64,000 bases of DNA from Scyliorhinus canicula (lineage: Eukaryota). Each line of letters starts with the position of its first letter. Positions within the stretch are counted from its first letter, which is position 1. Of this stretch, positions 62,874 through 64,000 are shown piece by piece. The notes beneath the pieces were generated by a model, which saw only the letters and a program-made list of their open reading frames with translations, had not been told where the DNA came from and did no database searches. The translations under genes and the position numbers were made by a program. The DNA lies in the NCBI RefSeq assembly GCF_902713615.1, contig NC_052155.1, positions 163,841,828 through 163,905,827 on the forward strand, given 5' to 3'.

Positions 62874-63822
62874 TGCTCTGCCTAACAGCTGATCAGCAGT
62901 CCAGGCAGTTCAGTGAAGAATCAATGCAGGAACACTTACCGTTTCCTACCATCTGCTCCCTCAGATATGTGCCTTTAATCCCGCCGCTGTTACAAGTGTC
63001 AGAGACCATTAGAAACCCACAACACTTGAAAAATCTTCAAATCCCCTGACAGCCTTTGAAATGCAAAGCATCCGTTCATTTCACAAAACAGTACCTCACT
63101 AGCCTATGACTGACAGTTTCGCGGTTCAAACACAGCTGCTTGGTGGATCGTTTATGTCGCGTTCCCTTCATGCTTGAATGCATCTCAGGTAACCTGCTTT
63201 GGTGCTAACCACAATGTTTACAAATAATCTTGCTATGATTGTCAGCTCCTCACCACACCAAAGGAGCTAAGTGGCTTTGCTTGCTCTTTATAGCAGAAAG
63301 CACTTAGCTTTCACTGCCAGGCTGTAGGTGCTATGGTGCCAGGGGGTAATACACCAGTGCCAATTCCATTGGTCAGGGACTGAAGTGGGGCCTGGGGGGT
63401 GATGGAAGGTCGGGGCACCCTCATGTGAGCATGGTGTGGGCGAGGTGATCCGTTATTCTTGTGCTGTGGGGCAGATGCCACTCTTGGTCATCAGGGTGGG
63501 GAGGGGGAAAGGGTGCTTCAGGTTTTGAATTGTGATGGGAGGTGGGCCTGGCGCCGGACTTTGTAATCGGGCTCCTCACTCAAAATGGCGGGCCCATACC
63601 CGGAACGCGATGGAATCAGGCGAGTTCTCTGCCGTGCATAAATTTGCGTGGTTCAGGAGTGAGACTCGCACCTGGGTGCTGCTATTAGTGGCAGCGGAGA
63701 GCTTTCTCGATTTTCTGCTGGTGGGAGTACTAAGGCTCCCATCAGCAGGAAATTCCAGAACAGATAATCCAGTCCTATGTTCTTAAAGGAAAAGCAAACA
63801 ACAACAGCTTACATTTATACAG

Positions 63823-64000
63823 ATTTTTTAAAATTTAGAGTACCCAATTATTTTTTTCTTCTCCAATTAAGGGGCAATTTAGCGTGGCCAATCATCCTAA
63901 CCTGCACATCTTTGGGTTGTGGGGGTGAAATCCATGCAGACACGGGGAGAATGTGCAAACTCCACACGGACAGTGACCCAGGGCCGGGATTCGAACCCGG
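63823..64000 (-). mobile_element. Poly(A)-tailed V-SINE cut by the window end
   Basis: Same family as 20515-20739. Confidence 0.88.

Noticed and set aside
1-64000. CRISPR arrays, operons or other prokaryotic systems
   Set aside because: Vertebrate repeat landscape; no regularly spaced repeat-spacer structure.

Overview
Eukaryotic, repeat-dense vertebrate DNA, almost certainly an elasmobranch (catshark-like): tRNA-headed V-domain SINEs of the HE1 type, CR1/HER1 LINEs, Rex1, L2, L1/Tx1, Penelope, Gypsy LTR elements, solo LTRs, hAT elements and many GC-rich Harbinger-type MITEs. The only long intact ORF is a 5'-truncated CR1 ORF2 (51113-53209). The non-repeat islands between the transposons, read on the minus strand, translate into a series of exon-like segments that resemble successive motifs of the GREB1/GREB1L middle region as I recall it. 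These motif blocks occur more than once, and most downstream segments carry stops, frameshifts and transposon insertions. I infer that the window lies inside a large, internally repeated, decaying GREB1-family gene on the minus strand (about 60.2 kb to 0.2 kb, probably extending past both ends). This rests on manual translation and remembered sequence and needs a tblastn/HMM check. Other notable structures are a 290-bp near-perfect templated inverted duplication (6247-7124), a 26-bp-arm perfect palindrome (16961-17015), and a poly(A)-tailed SINE subfamily with long TSDs.
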